DNA of 64,000 nt from a virus. The notes below the pieces were generated by a model. That model made no database searches, was not told the DNA's origin, and saw only the letters and a list, made by a program, of their open reading frames with translations. The position numbers were made by a program, and so were the translations under genes. The number at the start of each line of letters is the position of its first letter. The stretch's first letter is position 1. The DNA lies in the IMG/VR virus record IMGVR_UViG_3300045125_000064, positions 36,383 through 100,382 of that record. One strand, 5' to 3'. Below are positions 46,769 to 59,194 of the stretch, in pieces.

Positions 46769-47112
46769 TGAGCGTATCAAGATATAAAAATGTTGACAAT
46801 TATTTAAATGATGATATTGATTATCAAGAAACATTTAAGACAAAATTTGGAACAAAAGGAATTCTTCAGAAAGAGACTTCATCATTGATTTATCCAACAG
46901 AGAAACAATTAAGCTCATTCAATTATGATACTGAAGTTTGGACTTCATCAACAAGATTAACAAGTCTTGCATTTAAGTATTACGGAGATGCAGAATATTG
47001 GTGGGTTATTGGATTTATTAATAAAAAGCCACTTGATTTTCATTACTTACATGGAGATATTGTTAATATTCCTTATCCACTAGAGTCTGTGTTGACAGCA
47101 ATAGGACTTTAA
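46768..47112 (+). CDS. LysM/gp53-like baseplate wedge protein
   Basis: RLTSLAFKYYGDAEYWWVIGFIN...GDIVNIP. Confidence 0.75.
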   Translation: MSVSRYKNVDNYLNDDIDYQETFKTKFGTKGILQKETSSLIYPTEKQLSSFNYDTEVWTSSTRLTSLAFKYYGDAEYWWVIGFINKKPLDFHYLHGDIVNIPYPLESVLTAIGL

Positions 47113-47113
47113 T

Positions 47114-49742
47114 ATGTTGCAAATAAATGATAGTACATTTTTCTTTCCAGAAGGTGCAAGTGCTCAATCTTGGATAACCAATTTTTAAGTTGTCAAATCA
47201 ATGCTCCGGCATTCCAAGATTTGAGAGCATTATTGTTGTATGAAGATTTGTTAAGTTATGGAAATAAGTTTGGTTTAGAAGAAGATTTCATAAAAGATAT
47301 AACAGCTTCAAGACTAAAAGAGAATGAAAATCTTTTTCTTATCAATTCATCATTTGCAGATTCGTTTGAAAAAGACGCTTTATTAAAGCAACTTTCAAAA
47401 GTAAAAGATACCAAAGATAGAGTTGCATATTTTAAATTATTGTCTGCAATGACACCAGCACAGAAAGCTTGTCTTGTTCCAAAAATTATATTTAAGTATA
47501 GATATAAGAAGCAAGGCAAATTTATTGAAGAAACATTACCATTTACTCAGCACATTAATGTTGAAGATATTCTCTCAATGGAATATTCAAGAGGTGATGG
47601 AAATGGTATAAAGTCAATACAAGTTGAAAAGAAGTTCGTTGATCCATCATATAACATCCCAAACATTGTTGTCAACGCTTCTTTTTATTTTCAATCAGCA
47701 GCAATATTGAATCAAAATGCAAAACCTGGCAAAAGAAGCAACATTTTCTAAGTTGATAACGCCATTGTCGCAGATTGCAGGACAATTTCTCGTTCTGGAA
47801 TATGGTTGGGAGATAAATAACACTGTTGATAATTCTCTGTTCCCAAAGAAATTAAAAGAATACTTTCAAACATACGAAACAAAGAAGATGATTCTTCAAT
47901 ATACTGGAAAGCATGAACTAGACTTTCAGGAAGATGGCAAGATTAATCTAACTGTTGTATACAATGCTCTTAATGACAGTGCAATGTATTCAGATATATC
48001 TTTATCTGTTCCAGACAGAAAAGAAGTTATTGGTCTTATCTACAATAAAGATGACACAGTTCTAGAAATACACAAAAAATATCTTGCAGTGAAAAAAGAA
48101 AGAGAAGATATCTTGAACAAAATTCAAGATTTACAGCAGGTTAATTCATCAGATGTTATCAAAAATAAATCAGAAAGAGAAAAAGAATAAAAGAGTTATA
48201 TTCAAAGAAAGATGAACTAACAAAACAATTTAATCTTTTGAGGAAGAATCTTGCTCCATTCACAAGAAACATTCTTCTGGAAAATATAATGCTATCGAAG
48301 AGTCTATTCTATATTAATTTTACTTCCAAGAAGGCTGGAGAGAATATAGAATTGACTTCAAAAATAAGTCTTGTGGAGAAAGAAAAATCAACAGATATTG
48401 CCAAAATTATAACAAACAAAAGCTTCAAAGATATTAAGCTTGAATAATTTATTATCACTGAACAAAGAAGAAGCTCCAGATAAATCTCTGGAGAAGATAT
48501 TCTTAATGCTTCACAACAATAAAGAAGAAAATGAGAACAAATATTTTGGCAATATGATTTTCTTTCCTCTTAAAGCTCTCTTTCAATCAGCATATATGTG
48601 TTTGTCTGATGAGGATAAGAAGAATCTTGGATTCACTGGATTGTCCACAATAAAATTAAGAAGTCTTGGAAAAGAAGCCTTTGTTAATATTGGCGAATTG
48701 TTTGTTGAACTATCAGTCTTTCAGAAATGGTATTTTGAGAATTTCACAAAGTATGATGTCATTGATTTCTCATATGGAGACTTTATAAAGAAGATATGTG
48801 ATTCATTGATTCCAGTTTTGACAGATACATCAACCACCATTTTTCCACTTTTCAAATCTTGGAAGAACAACTGTTGCTTCCTATTTTATTGACAAGAAAA
48901 TTGATAAGAAATTGAAAGATGGAGTAAGATATAATAATCCTGGAGATCTTAATACATTTGCATCAAAAATTCATGAATCCAATTTATCAAAGAAATTTGA
49001 TGATGTTTTACCATTTTATCTTTTAACAACAATTCCAACAAACCTTTCATCAACATCCCCAACATTTGCCAAAGCTCCATTTGGAAAGTGGAAGAACTTT
49101 GATGAAACAAGAGATGCTGGATATGGGATCTATCATATTAAACTTGGTTCTGCAACTGGAATCTTTAAGAAAGCAAGTTTTTCAAAAGAAGATTTCTCTA
49201 CCCTAAGAACATCAATCTATATGCAAGCCCAAAAGGATTATACAATTGAACAGACAAGATATAAGTATTCCATAAATGCTGATTTTATTGGAAGTTCTTT
49301 ATTCTATTTTGGTGCTGTTGTTTGCCCTCCCTTCCAATCCACTTGGAATCTCAATAAATGAGAAAAATTAAACTATGATCTTGGACTTTGTGGATATTAC
49401 CAAGTCAGTTCTGTCTCAGACATATTGCAAGGTATGCAATATTCTACTACAATATCTGCCATTAACTTCTGGAACCTAGAAATCTATAAACACCCAGAGT
49501 CTCAAGCTGACAATTCAGCCCCTTATGAACCAGCTAAGGATTATGTTGCTCACGATTTAGCAGTATATCTCAGAAACGATCTTTTGTTAAACACTGGATT
49601 AAAAAGATATGGTCTGGTGCTTGTAAATCTGTCAGATGAAGAAAAAGCGTTAACAGAGGTTGACAATGATGCTACGATAGCACAGAATACAGAATCTGAC
49701 TTGTTGCTCACAACACTAGAAAGAGAGTATAAAATAGTATAA
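47114..49742 (+). CDS. large baseplate hub-like protein (several indels)
   Basis: ORF pieces from 47170 to 49742; LVLEYGW and a late GYYQV-type motif; follows the LysM gene. Confidence 0.45.
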
Positions 49743-49813
49743 TATAATAATATGATCTTATATTATGAACGAAGTGAATAATTAAGATCATTCTTAAAGA
49801 TGGTAAAGTAGAA

Positions 49814-50668
49814 ATGATCAAGACAAAATATAACATAGAACTAGAAAATAGAAAATATCTAGAAGAAGAACAATTGAAAAATATTGACATAATTTACAAT
49901 ATTCCTCATTATGGTCTAGTTGACATATCTGGTAATTTGGTCATGTTGAGAGAAGAAAGATTAAAAGTTTGTTCATTGTTGTTTGAAGATACAGAAAATT
50001 TCCTTGCTCTGGACTTTGTTGCAGATTCATTTCTGGAACTGAAACAAAAATATGAACTTAGTTTTACCAACAATAAATTATCTCTATATTTCCAGCAAAA
50101 CTTGAAATTGAAGAAGCCTATATCTCTCCAGTAAACGACTATTTGAACAAGTATGTCAATGGGCAATTTTTACAATTAAATCCTCCTAATTTTCCCTTCT
50201 ACTTTCTCAGTTTTTCTTGGAGAACAATAATTCTCATAAATATTCAGGTTTTTCTTGAAAGTAAAGAATCTTCCATCATTTGACCAAATAAAAGATGATA
50301 AAAGAAATCTGGACTACATAATGCAGCTTTTTGCAATGTTTGGATTCTCATACTTCTCCAGAACAACAAATGTCATATATTTTAATCTTAGAACATCAAG
50401 ATTTAGAGACCATGTGAAAAATAATGAGTTTTATTTTTCTTCTAAAAAGCAAGAGTTTCCAGATTATTGTGCAGACTTCTTCTCTCAGTATTTCAGCAAC
50501 GCTGAGGATGTATCCCTCTCATTTTTCTCACAAATATTTCCTCAGCTTGACAAGCAAGAACAACTGAGCTATTATCTCAAACAAAGACAGCAAGAACTTG
50601 GCTCAACCAAGATTTTCACTTCGTTGGAAGATTTGAAGCAGTATTCAACATTTGCAGCAGAGAAATAA
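49814..50668 (+). CDS. hypothetical protein (frameshifted)
   Basis: ORFs 49814-50134 and 50255-50668; HYGLVD, ALDFVADSF. Confidence 0.4.
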
Positions 50669-50700
50669 GTCTTTCTTTAAATTCTAAAAATAGGAGAAAA

Positions 50701-51883
50701 ATGTTATATTTTCCGCTAGATACAGCAGGAGAGTGTGATATTGTCTATACTGAGGATGACACATTTGAGAAATACGACCTTAACAAACACACAGAAACAC
50801 TTGATTATTATCATTGGTTAGATAAAGATAAAACAACATATTTGAGAATATATTTTGAAAATGAAGAAACATTCACTTCATTGTGTCCATCAGATTTGGT
50901 AAATGTCTGGAAGAAAATTAAACAGACAATGTCGTTTCATCTTGAATCTTTACTGTCTACAAAAGTAGACATAAATAATGGATGCATATATGATTATCTT
51001 CCCCTACATTTCTTAAGAGATTATTATTCAGTTAAGATAGCAATATTACAATCAATTAAACAACAATTAAAAGAAAGAATAGAATCATATTCTGATAACT
51101 ATTGTAAAGAGTTAAAGAATCTTCTTTTCTTGTGTAAGAAAATTGAGGATAATGAGCTGAAGCTTGATTATTCGTTATGTGAAGATGAACAAAGAACAAG
51201 ACTTCTATCCAGAAATCTTAATAAGTATATTAGATATGATATACGTTCAAAAACAGGTAGATTATCGTTGAAAAATCATAGTTTCCCAATATCAAACTTG
51301 AACACAGAAGATAGAGTTATCATCATTCCAAAAATGATGTTCTTGTTGAATTAGATTTCAATGCTATTGATATCAGAACCCTCATATATCTCTCAGGGCA
51401 AGAACAGCCAAAAGAAGATATACATGAATATCATTTGAATTTACTTGATAATAAATATGAAAGAAAAGATGTAAAAATCATGTTTTTTGGTTGGCTTTAT
51501 AACGATAAAAAACATGATATATTTGATAAAATATACAACAAGCAACAAATTCTTGACAAATATTTCAATAAGAGATTTGTTACAAATCCATATGGTAGAA
51601 AATTAGAATGCGATAAGTTTCATGCTTTGAATTATTTAATTCAATCAACATCTGCTGACACATTTTATAATTCAATATTAAAAATTGATCAATATTTGCA
51701 AGATAATAAACTGAAAAGTAATATAGTTTGTATGATGCATGATTCTGTTTTGATGGACATGAAGGATGAAGAAATGTCGCATCTTAAGAAGATTAAAAAG
51801 ATTTATTCTGATACATTATATGGAAAAATAAGAGTCAATACAAAAAGATTGGATTTAACTATAGGGACATGGAAACACTATGA
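50701..51883 (+). CDS. miniature family A DNA polymerase (frameshifts near 51330 and 51845)
   Basis: KTGRLS; motif A ELDFNAIDIR; motif B RKDVKIMFFGWLY; NYLIQSTSAD; motif C MMHDSV. Confidence 0.8.
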
Positions 51884-52655
51884 TAAAATTAATTATTCTC
51901 GGAGGAAAGAAAATAAATATTCCTCAAACATATGAAGGTTTGATTGAAATCCAACAGATAAGTCTTCCAGCTTCATCAATGGAAGAGGTTGAAAGAAAAT
52001 ATGAACCACAATTGGATCAAAACTTTGTTGGGGAAACAAACAATATCGTTGTTTTTGGAGGAACAAACTCCAGTGGAATTATTCTGAAGATTTGTGAACA
52101 ATTAAAAAACACCAAAATTAATGTATTCTATGTTGTTCCGAGATCAAGAATGCCTTCCTGCACAAGCATCCAAGTTGCTCCAAGACAAAATTGCGTTCAA
52201 TGTCTTGCAAGAGTTTGCAAGATCAGGTAAACTGAACAAGCTTTATCTACTGAGCAACAAAGAGTTGGAGAAAGAGCTTGACACAGACTCTGTGATCGGT
52301 TATTATGATGCTATCAACGAGAAGGTTTTTGAGTCTGGTGTACTATTTACTAGACTCAACAACCAGTGAAATGTTGGTTGGAGAGTTTGAAGAACCTATT
52401 GACAACATCTACAGGATTGGTACAATAGGGGTACTGAGTGTGGACAAGAACAAGACAGAGAAAAGATACTTTGATCTGCAAGAAGTGGAACAAAATCATT
52501 TTTTTGTAAGAAGTTCAAGTCTTTTATTTAAAAACAAGAACTTGGTGAAGAATCTCCAAGAAAAGTACAAAAATGTATCTTATTCCGTGTTGGATAAGAA
52601 AAATGAAGATTTTATTTTGTTTATACAATTAACAAAAATTATACAAGAAAAGTAA
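51880..52655 (+). CDS. divergent tubulin/FtsZ-like protein (frameshifted)
   Basis: Alternating beta/alpha pattern: LIILGG, VVFGGTNSSG, VFYVVP, FNVLQEFARSG, YLLSN, YDAIN; signature loops degenerate; family call from memory. Confidence 0.4.
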
Positions 52656-52676
52656 TAAAAACAAAGAGGTAAAACA

Positions 52677-53503
52677 ATGGCTTTAGATATGAAAAAAATG
52701 AAAAATAAGAAGGCTGCGGCTGAAGGAAGTGCAAATAAAGGAAATGGACCAAAATTACTGGAGTCCAAAAGGACAGAATGCTGTCGTAAGAGTCCCTACC
52801 ACCAAATGATGGTGATGATGGTGATCCATTTAAAAAGAATATCATCAACACTTTGGTGTTGCAGGAGAAAAAGTTGGTTTCTTGTGCCCAAAGAAACAAT
52901 TTAATGAAGGATTGTGCAGTTTGCAAGTGGGTTTCAAAGCTTTACAAAGAAGGAAGCGAAGATAGCAAGAAGGGCATTGCAAAAGAAATTAAGAGCAAGC
53001 CAAGATATTTCTCAAAAAGTGATCGTAAGAGGTCAAGAAGATGAAGGTGTCCAACTTTGGGGCTATTCACAAACAACTTATAATAAGTTCCTAGATTGGG
53101 TAAATGATCCAAGATGTTGGTGATTTCACATCACGAGATTCTGACACTCGGTGCTGATATAAAATTGGTAATTGTCCAAGCTCCAGGTCAATCATTTGGA
53201 ACGGCCAACCCAGAATTGGCGTGAGAGACTTCTGTTCTTTCAGCCAATAAGGCAATGGTTCAAGAATGGGTTGATACAGTGATTGATTGGACAACTCATG
53301 TTTGAAAGAAAGACTTCAAGAAGAAGTTGAAAAAGATTCTTGAAGATTGACCCGAACCCAACCGTTGGAGGATCAGGACAAAGCTCGATGACAAAGATGA
53401 GCAGGGTGATGAACCAGAGCCAACAGTTGCTTCATCAGAGAAAAAGGTCAAGTCGAAATCATTAGAAGAAATGAAAAGACAACTTGAAGATGATGAAGAT
53501 TAA
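52677..53503 (+). CDS. single-stranded DNA-binding protein (gp32-like), heavily frameshifted
   Basis: DGDPFK; CP...CAVC zinc site; VIVRGQEDEGVQLWGY; acidic C-terminus; located upstream of recA. Confidence 0.7.
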
Positions 53504-53529
53504 TACCAAATGATTTGGTCGACAGAGAT

Positions 53530-53588
53530 TGTGCCCATGCTTAGGTTACAATATGACACACAATGTCAAGATGACCTAAACAGGGCCA
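53530..53588 (+). other. long imperfect RNA hairpin between ssb and recA
   Basis: Nested stems GCCC/GGGC, TG/CA, TTAGGTT/GACCTAA, TGACA/TGTCA. Confidence 0.6.
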
Positions 53589-53615
53589 TTACCTTTATTA
53601 AATGGAAGTATAAAA

Positions 53616-54822
53616 ATGGGCAGGAAAAAAAGTTAAAACTGTTGCTGGAAGAGTTGAGATCCCAACATCAGCAAAAAGTGAAAAAAAGTACAAATATTAG
53701 AGATTTAATCAACAAGAAAAATGGCAATAATCTTGCATTTTAACCTTATGAGAGATAACCCAACAGAAGTGATTGAATGGATTCCAACCGGATCAAGATG
53801 GTTGGATTCAATTGTTTGCAAGGGAAAATGGCAGGCATTCCTGTTGGTAAAAATAAGTGAAATCGCTGAATACATTGTACACAGGAAAAAGTTATCTTGC
53901 TTGCCATATTGGAGCAAATGCTCAAAGGTGACATAGTCGCTGTATATTAGATTCAGAATCTTAATCGATCCTCCATTCATGAAAGCTCTTGGAATGGATC
54001 TGAATCATTGATATGTCAGGCAACAACAGTGGAGTTTGTTCTTTCAACAATCAAAGAAATTCTCGCCCAAAATCTCGGAAAAGGTATTCATTATTTGGGA
54101 TTCGTTGGCATTTTCACCATCAGAATCGGAAAGAGAGTCCGATGAGTTCAATCCTCAGTCCATCTATTGGCCAAGATTCCAAGACTTTCGGATCCTTGGA
54201 TTCAAGAGAATTGATTCAACCTTTTGGCGAATACTCAGTCAACCTTATTGGCCTCTGAATCAGCTTAAGACAAAACATTCCAAAGACTCCAGCAGAAGCA
54301 TTAACAACACCATATTTTACCCCAGGTGTGTCTAGCTCCAGCATATGCATATTCATTGAGAATTTGGTTGACTGGTGAGAAAGGCTAAAAAGATTCATTT
54401 GTTTTTATACAGATAATGGATTTGCAATTGGTTCTGAGGTGAAAGCAAAGATTGAGAAATCAAGATTTGGTACACTGAGAAGAGTCTGCACATTCAAGAT
54501 TCTTTGGGGTTCAAATGATGTGGCAATTCAGATGAGGAAAGCTGGTTTGCAGCAATAAAGAGTTCAGATAGAGTAAAGACTAGCTGGTTCTGGTATACAG
54601 TCATTGCAGAAGATGGGACCAGAACATAAATTCCAGCAAAAACAATGGCTTGCGAAGTTAAAAGATGATTCGTTTAGAAAAGCTGTAATATCAATCATGG
54701 ATGATGAGTTGATCTATAAATTGTGATAGAATGGAAGGAAATTCCTAAGTCTCATTATCTTCTTGATGGTGAGGAAGAAGAAAGCCACATCCACAACAAC
54801 AGAAGAAGAAACAGAAGATTAA
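53616..54822 (+). CDS. recA: RecA/UvsX recombinase, heavily frameshifted
   Basis: WIPTGSRWLD; GIPVGKISEI; IIWDSLA; LNQLKT; GSEVKAKIEKSRFG. Confidence 0.85.
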
Positions 54823-54897
54823 GTTCTGTTAACAAAATCAAGACCATATTTAGAGCCTCTTCTTGAGGACTCATCTTATTCAATGAGGGTAAGATAA

Positions 54898-55878
54898 ATG
54901 AAAGTAATGCTTGTAGACGGAACAAATCATTATATTAAAAATTATATAGTAGATCCAACTATTTCCAGAAATTCTGGACAACCAATTGGTGGAATAATTG
55001 GAATGCTAAAAACCATTCAGGGACTAGTTAACAAATATAAACCTGACAGACTCTATGTGTCTGGGATGGAGAAGGTTCATCGAAGAAAAGAAAGAGATGA
55101 ATTCAGTTACAAAGAAGGCAGAGCATCCAATTCGCTTGAATAGAGAAACAGGCTTAACAGAAGAAGAAGAACAACAGAATCGTATGTATCAACAAGTGAG
55201 AACAATAGATTATATTAATAATCTTCCAATCGCTCAGTTTATGATGGAGCAAGTTGAGGCAGATGATATCATTGCGGAATTGTGCAAAGTCTCATAAAGA
55301 TGATGAAAAGAATCATTGTCTCCCGCAGATAAAGACTTCTTTCAACTCTTGGATGATAAAACAATTCAAGAAAGACCTGTCCAAAAGGATACATATGACT
55401 GGGATAAAGTGATTGAAGAGTTTGGAATTCATCCAGTCAATTTTGCATTGGCAAGAGCAATGGTTGGTGATGCATCAGATAACCTTCCAGGGATAAACAG
55501 AGTTGGACCTCCAACTGTGGCAAAACGACTTCCCTTTTCTTATCGAGAACAACGAGCACCCCCAATTATCATGATGCGTAATCGAACACTGTCAATCCTG
55601 ACAGCAGCACTCAGAAAGTGTATTCCAATGTCATGGAAGGGGAAGAGTTGATTCAACAAAACCACAAGATGATGCAACTCTATGTTCCTTTGACATTGAT
55701 GAAGGCGCGAGAGAAGTAATAGAAGATACAGTGGAAAATTATCCAGTTGGTTTCAAGAAAACAACAGTTTTGTCGATGATGGCAGATGATGGCTTCCCAA
55801 ACTGGAATCTTTGATGCTTTATATGGTGCAATGAATAGCATCGTTTATAACGAGAGCAAGCTTAAGAAGGGAAAATAA
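54898..55878 (+). CDS. 5'-3' exonuclease / T4 RNase H-like flap nuclease (frameshifted)
   Basis: MLVDGTN; VEADDII; DKDFFQL; GDASDNLPGINRVG. Confidence 0.85.
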
Positions 55879-57262
55879 ATGACAATCAAAAAGACAGCAA
55901 TTGAGAATGATTTTTCAAAATTTGGAAAGACTTTCCAAGAAAAACTTGGGAGAGTGTATGTTTGCAGATAAAACATTTTGCAGACAAATTTCAGAAGTTA
56001 TAGATATTGAATATTTTGAGTTAAAATATTTGAAAGTGTTTGTTGATAGAATGTTTGTGATTATATGTCAAAATATGGCATGTATCCAAATTCATCAACA
56101 ATGACAACCATCATAAAAGCTGAATTAAATGGTGAAGAAGAAACAATAAAGAAACAAGTTAAAGAATTTTTCTTATCAATTATTCAAGCAGAAGAACCGC
56201 TTGAAGATGAAGAATATGTTAAGGAAGCATCTCTTGAGTTCTGCAAGAAAAGAAAACTGCAAGATGCCTTGATGAAAGCTGCACAACTTTTGAATAAGAG
56301 CCAATTTGATGAAATCAAAAGCTAATTGAAACTGCTCTCAAACTTGGAGCAGACAATAACTTTGGGCATGATTTTAAATTAGACTTTGAGGAAAGATATA
56401 AACTTCTAACAAGAAATCCGATTACAACAGGATTTGAAGAGGTTGATAGATTAACTAATGGTGGTCTGGGAAAGGGGGAACTTGGTGTTATTGTTGCAGG
56501 AACAGGTCTAGGCAAAAGTTTTATGCTTGTCCACATGGGAGCAGCAGCCTTGCTAAAAAGAAAAATGTTGTATACTATACCCTAGAGTTGCTAGACTCAA
56601 CCATCGCAAAAAGATTTGATGCTTGCATAACAAAGATTCCTCTTCAGGACTTAGCAGAGAACAAAGATGAAGTTTATGAGGGAATTAAAGATGTTCAAGG
56701 AAAGTTAATTGTTAAGCAGTATCCAGCCAAACAAGCTTCTGTTGAGACATTGAGGGCTCATTTATCTAGGCTAAGAACATCTGGATTTGAGCCAGATTTA
56801 ATTATTGTTGATTATGGAGATCTCTGAGGCCAACTGTTGCAAGAGGTGAAAAATGGACAGAGAGAGAAGATATTTACGAAGATCTAAGAGCGCTTGCTCA
56901 AGAATCAGAATGTCCAATGATTACAGCCAGTCAGAGCAATCGTTCAGGTTATAACTCAGAAATGTTAACTCTTGATTCAATCGCAGATGCCTTTGCAAAG
57001 TGCTTCGTTTCAGATCTGATCATAACTCTATCAAGAAATCAAGAACAGAAAGAAACAGGAAGAGGAAATCTTTGTCGCAAAGAATAGAAATGGTCCAGAT
57101 GGAATTGTCTATAAATTAGAGAGTTGATTTGTCAACTGCAACATTTGAAATTCTTGAAAATTCTCAAGAAGAAGCAAAATCATCTGAAAGTATAAAGAAA
57201 AATTAAATAAGTTATATGATAAATTTAAAGAAGAACAAAAAAGAGAAAAAGAAGAAAAATAA
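55879..57262 (+). CDS. replicative DnaB/gp41-like helicase (frameshifted)
   Basis: TGFEEVD..TNGGLGKGELGVIVAGTGLGKS; DLIIVDYGDL; TASQSNRSG; KNRNGPDG. Confidence 0.9.
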
Positions 57263-57285
57263 TAATAATAGGAGAAATCAGTAAA

Positions 57286-59137
57286 ATGGATATAAGTCAA
57301 AGGGTGTTGTCAGATTTAATTATTTATTTAAAATATTCTAAGTATTTGCCTGATAAACAGAGAAGAGAAACTTGGGAAGAATTGGTAGATAGAAATAAAG
57401 CAATGCATATCAAAAAATTTCCTCAATTGAAGGAAGAAATTGAATGGGCATATGGTTTTGTTTATGATAAGAAAGTTCTGCCATCAATGAGATCAATGCA
57501 GTTTGCTGGAAAACCAATTGAAGTAAATCCAGCAAGATTATATAACTGTGCATTTATGAATATTGATGATGTGAGAGGCGTTTTCTGAGACAATGTTCTT
57601 GCTTCTTTCTGGTTGTGGAGTTGGATATTCTGTTCAAAAACATCATGTTGAACAACTTCCAGAAATTAGAAAACCAAATTCAAGGAATAGAAGATATCTC
57701 ATTGGGGATAGCATCGAAGGTTGGGCAGATGCAGTCAAGGCATTATTTTTGTCTTATTTTGAAGGAACATCAAAATTAACTTTTGACTTCTCAGATATTA
57801 GGCCAAAGGGACACAGTTGATAACTTCTGGTGGCAAAGCTCCAGGACCACAACCACTCAAAGAGTGTCTATTCCACATTGAATCAATATTAGAACAAAAA
57901 GAAAATGGTGATAAACTAAAACCAATTGAAGTTTATGACATTCTCTGTCATATTGCTGATGCTGTTTTGGCTGGTGGAATAAGAAGATCTGCAACCATTG
58001 CACTATTCAGAGTGATGATGAAGAAATGTTGACTTGTAAGACTGGTGATTGGTGGGAAGAAAATCCACAAGAGGAGAGATCAAATAATTCTGCTGTTCTT
58101 CTAAGACATAAATTAACAAAAGATGTATTTAAAAACTTGTGGAATTGGTTAAGAATGGTGGTTCTGGTGAGCCAGGATTATTCTTGACAAATAATAAAGA
58201 AATTGGCGCAAATCCTTGTGTGGAAATCTCACTAAAATCATTAGGTTTTTGTAATCTAGTGGAAACCAATGTAAGCGATTTGACAACTCAAGAAGAATAC
58301 GAAGAAAGATGCAGAGCAGCAGCATTTATTGCAACTTTGCAAGCAAGCTATACAGATTTCCATTATCTAAGAGATGGATGGAAGAGAACAGCGGAGAAAG
58401 AAGCTTTAATTGGTGTTTCTATGACTGGCATCGCTTCTGGAAATGTTCTTAAACTAGATATGACAAAAGCAGCGAAGATCGTTGCTGAAACGAATAAGAG
58501 AGTTGCACAATTAATTGGAATAAACCCAGCAGCAAGAACTACAACATGCAAACCAAGTGGAACAAGTTCAATTGTTCTTGGAACATCATCTGGAATTCAT
58601 GCTTGGCATAATGATTATTATATCAGAAGAGTTAGAATTGGCAAAAATGAGGCGATATATCATCATCTATTTCTGAACCATTCAGAATTGGTAAAAGATG
58701 AATATTTTAAACCACATTTACAAGCTGTTATTGAAGTTCCACAAAAGGCTCCAGAAGGAGCAACTTTGAGAACAGAATCTGCAATCAGTCTTCTGGAAAG
58801 AGTTAAGAAGGTTTACAATGAATGGGTTCTTCCTGGTCATAATAGAGGCGACAACACCAACAACATTTCTTGCACAGTGACGATCAAGGATGGTGAATGG
58901 GTTGACGTGGGACAGTGGATGTGGGATAATAGATCATCATATACAGGATTGTCAGTTTTGCCATATGATTCAGGAACATATGTTCAAGCACCTTTTGAAG
59001 ATTGTACAAAAGAACAATTTGAAGAGGCATTTAAGAATCTGTCAAATATTGATTTAACACAAGTTGTTGAATTTGAGGATTTGACAGATTTGCAAGGAGA
59101 GGCAGCTTGTAGTGCAGGAGGATGCACTGTAGTATAA
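57286..59137 (+). CDS. nrdJ: class II (adenosylcobalamin-dependent) ribonucleotide reductase, frameshifted
   Basis: RRETWEE; PSMRSMQFAG; YNCA; GCGVGYS; ANPCVEI; CNLVE; TCKPSGT; C-terminal ACSAGGC. Confidence 0.9.
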
Positions 59138-59142
59138 AATGT

Positions 59143-59186
59143 CTATTTCGCAAACGAACACTATTTATAGTAATGCGAAATAGGAG
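59143..59186 (+). promoter_or_regulatory. RBS-occluding hairpin with a late promoter in its loop
   Basis: CTATTTCGCA (59143-59152) pairs with TGCGAAATAG (59174-59183), overlapping SD TAGGAG; ACTATTTAT at 59160-59168 lies in the loop. Confidence 0.75.
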
Positions 59187-59194
59187 AAAATAAA

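Noticed and set aside
49752-49791. Inverted repeat ATGATCTTA/TAAGATCAT
   Set aside because: AT-rich 9-bp stem with a long loop and no U tract; could be chance.
17422-59137. Mass pseudogenisation or widespread programmed frameshifting
   Set aside because: Essential genes (terL, portal, MCP, sheath, helicase) keep intact catalytic or structural motifs, and breaks cluster regionally (7.4-7.9, 12.3-14.4, 17.4-18, 52-56 kb), as expected for low-coverage long-read error.
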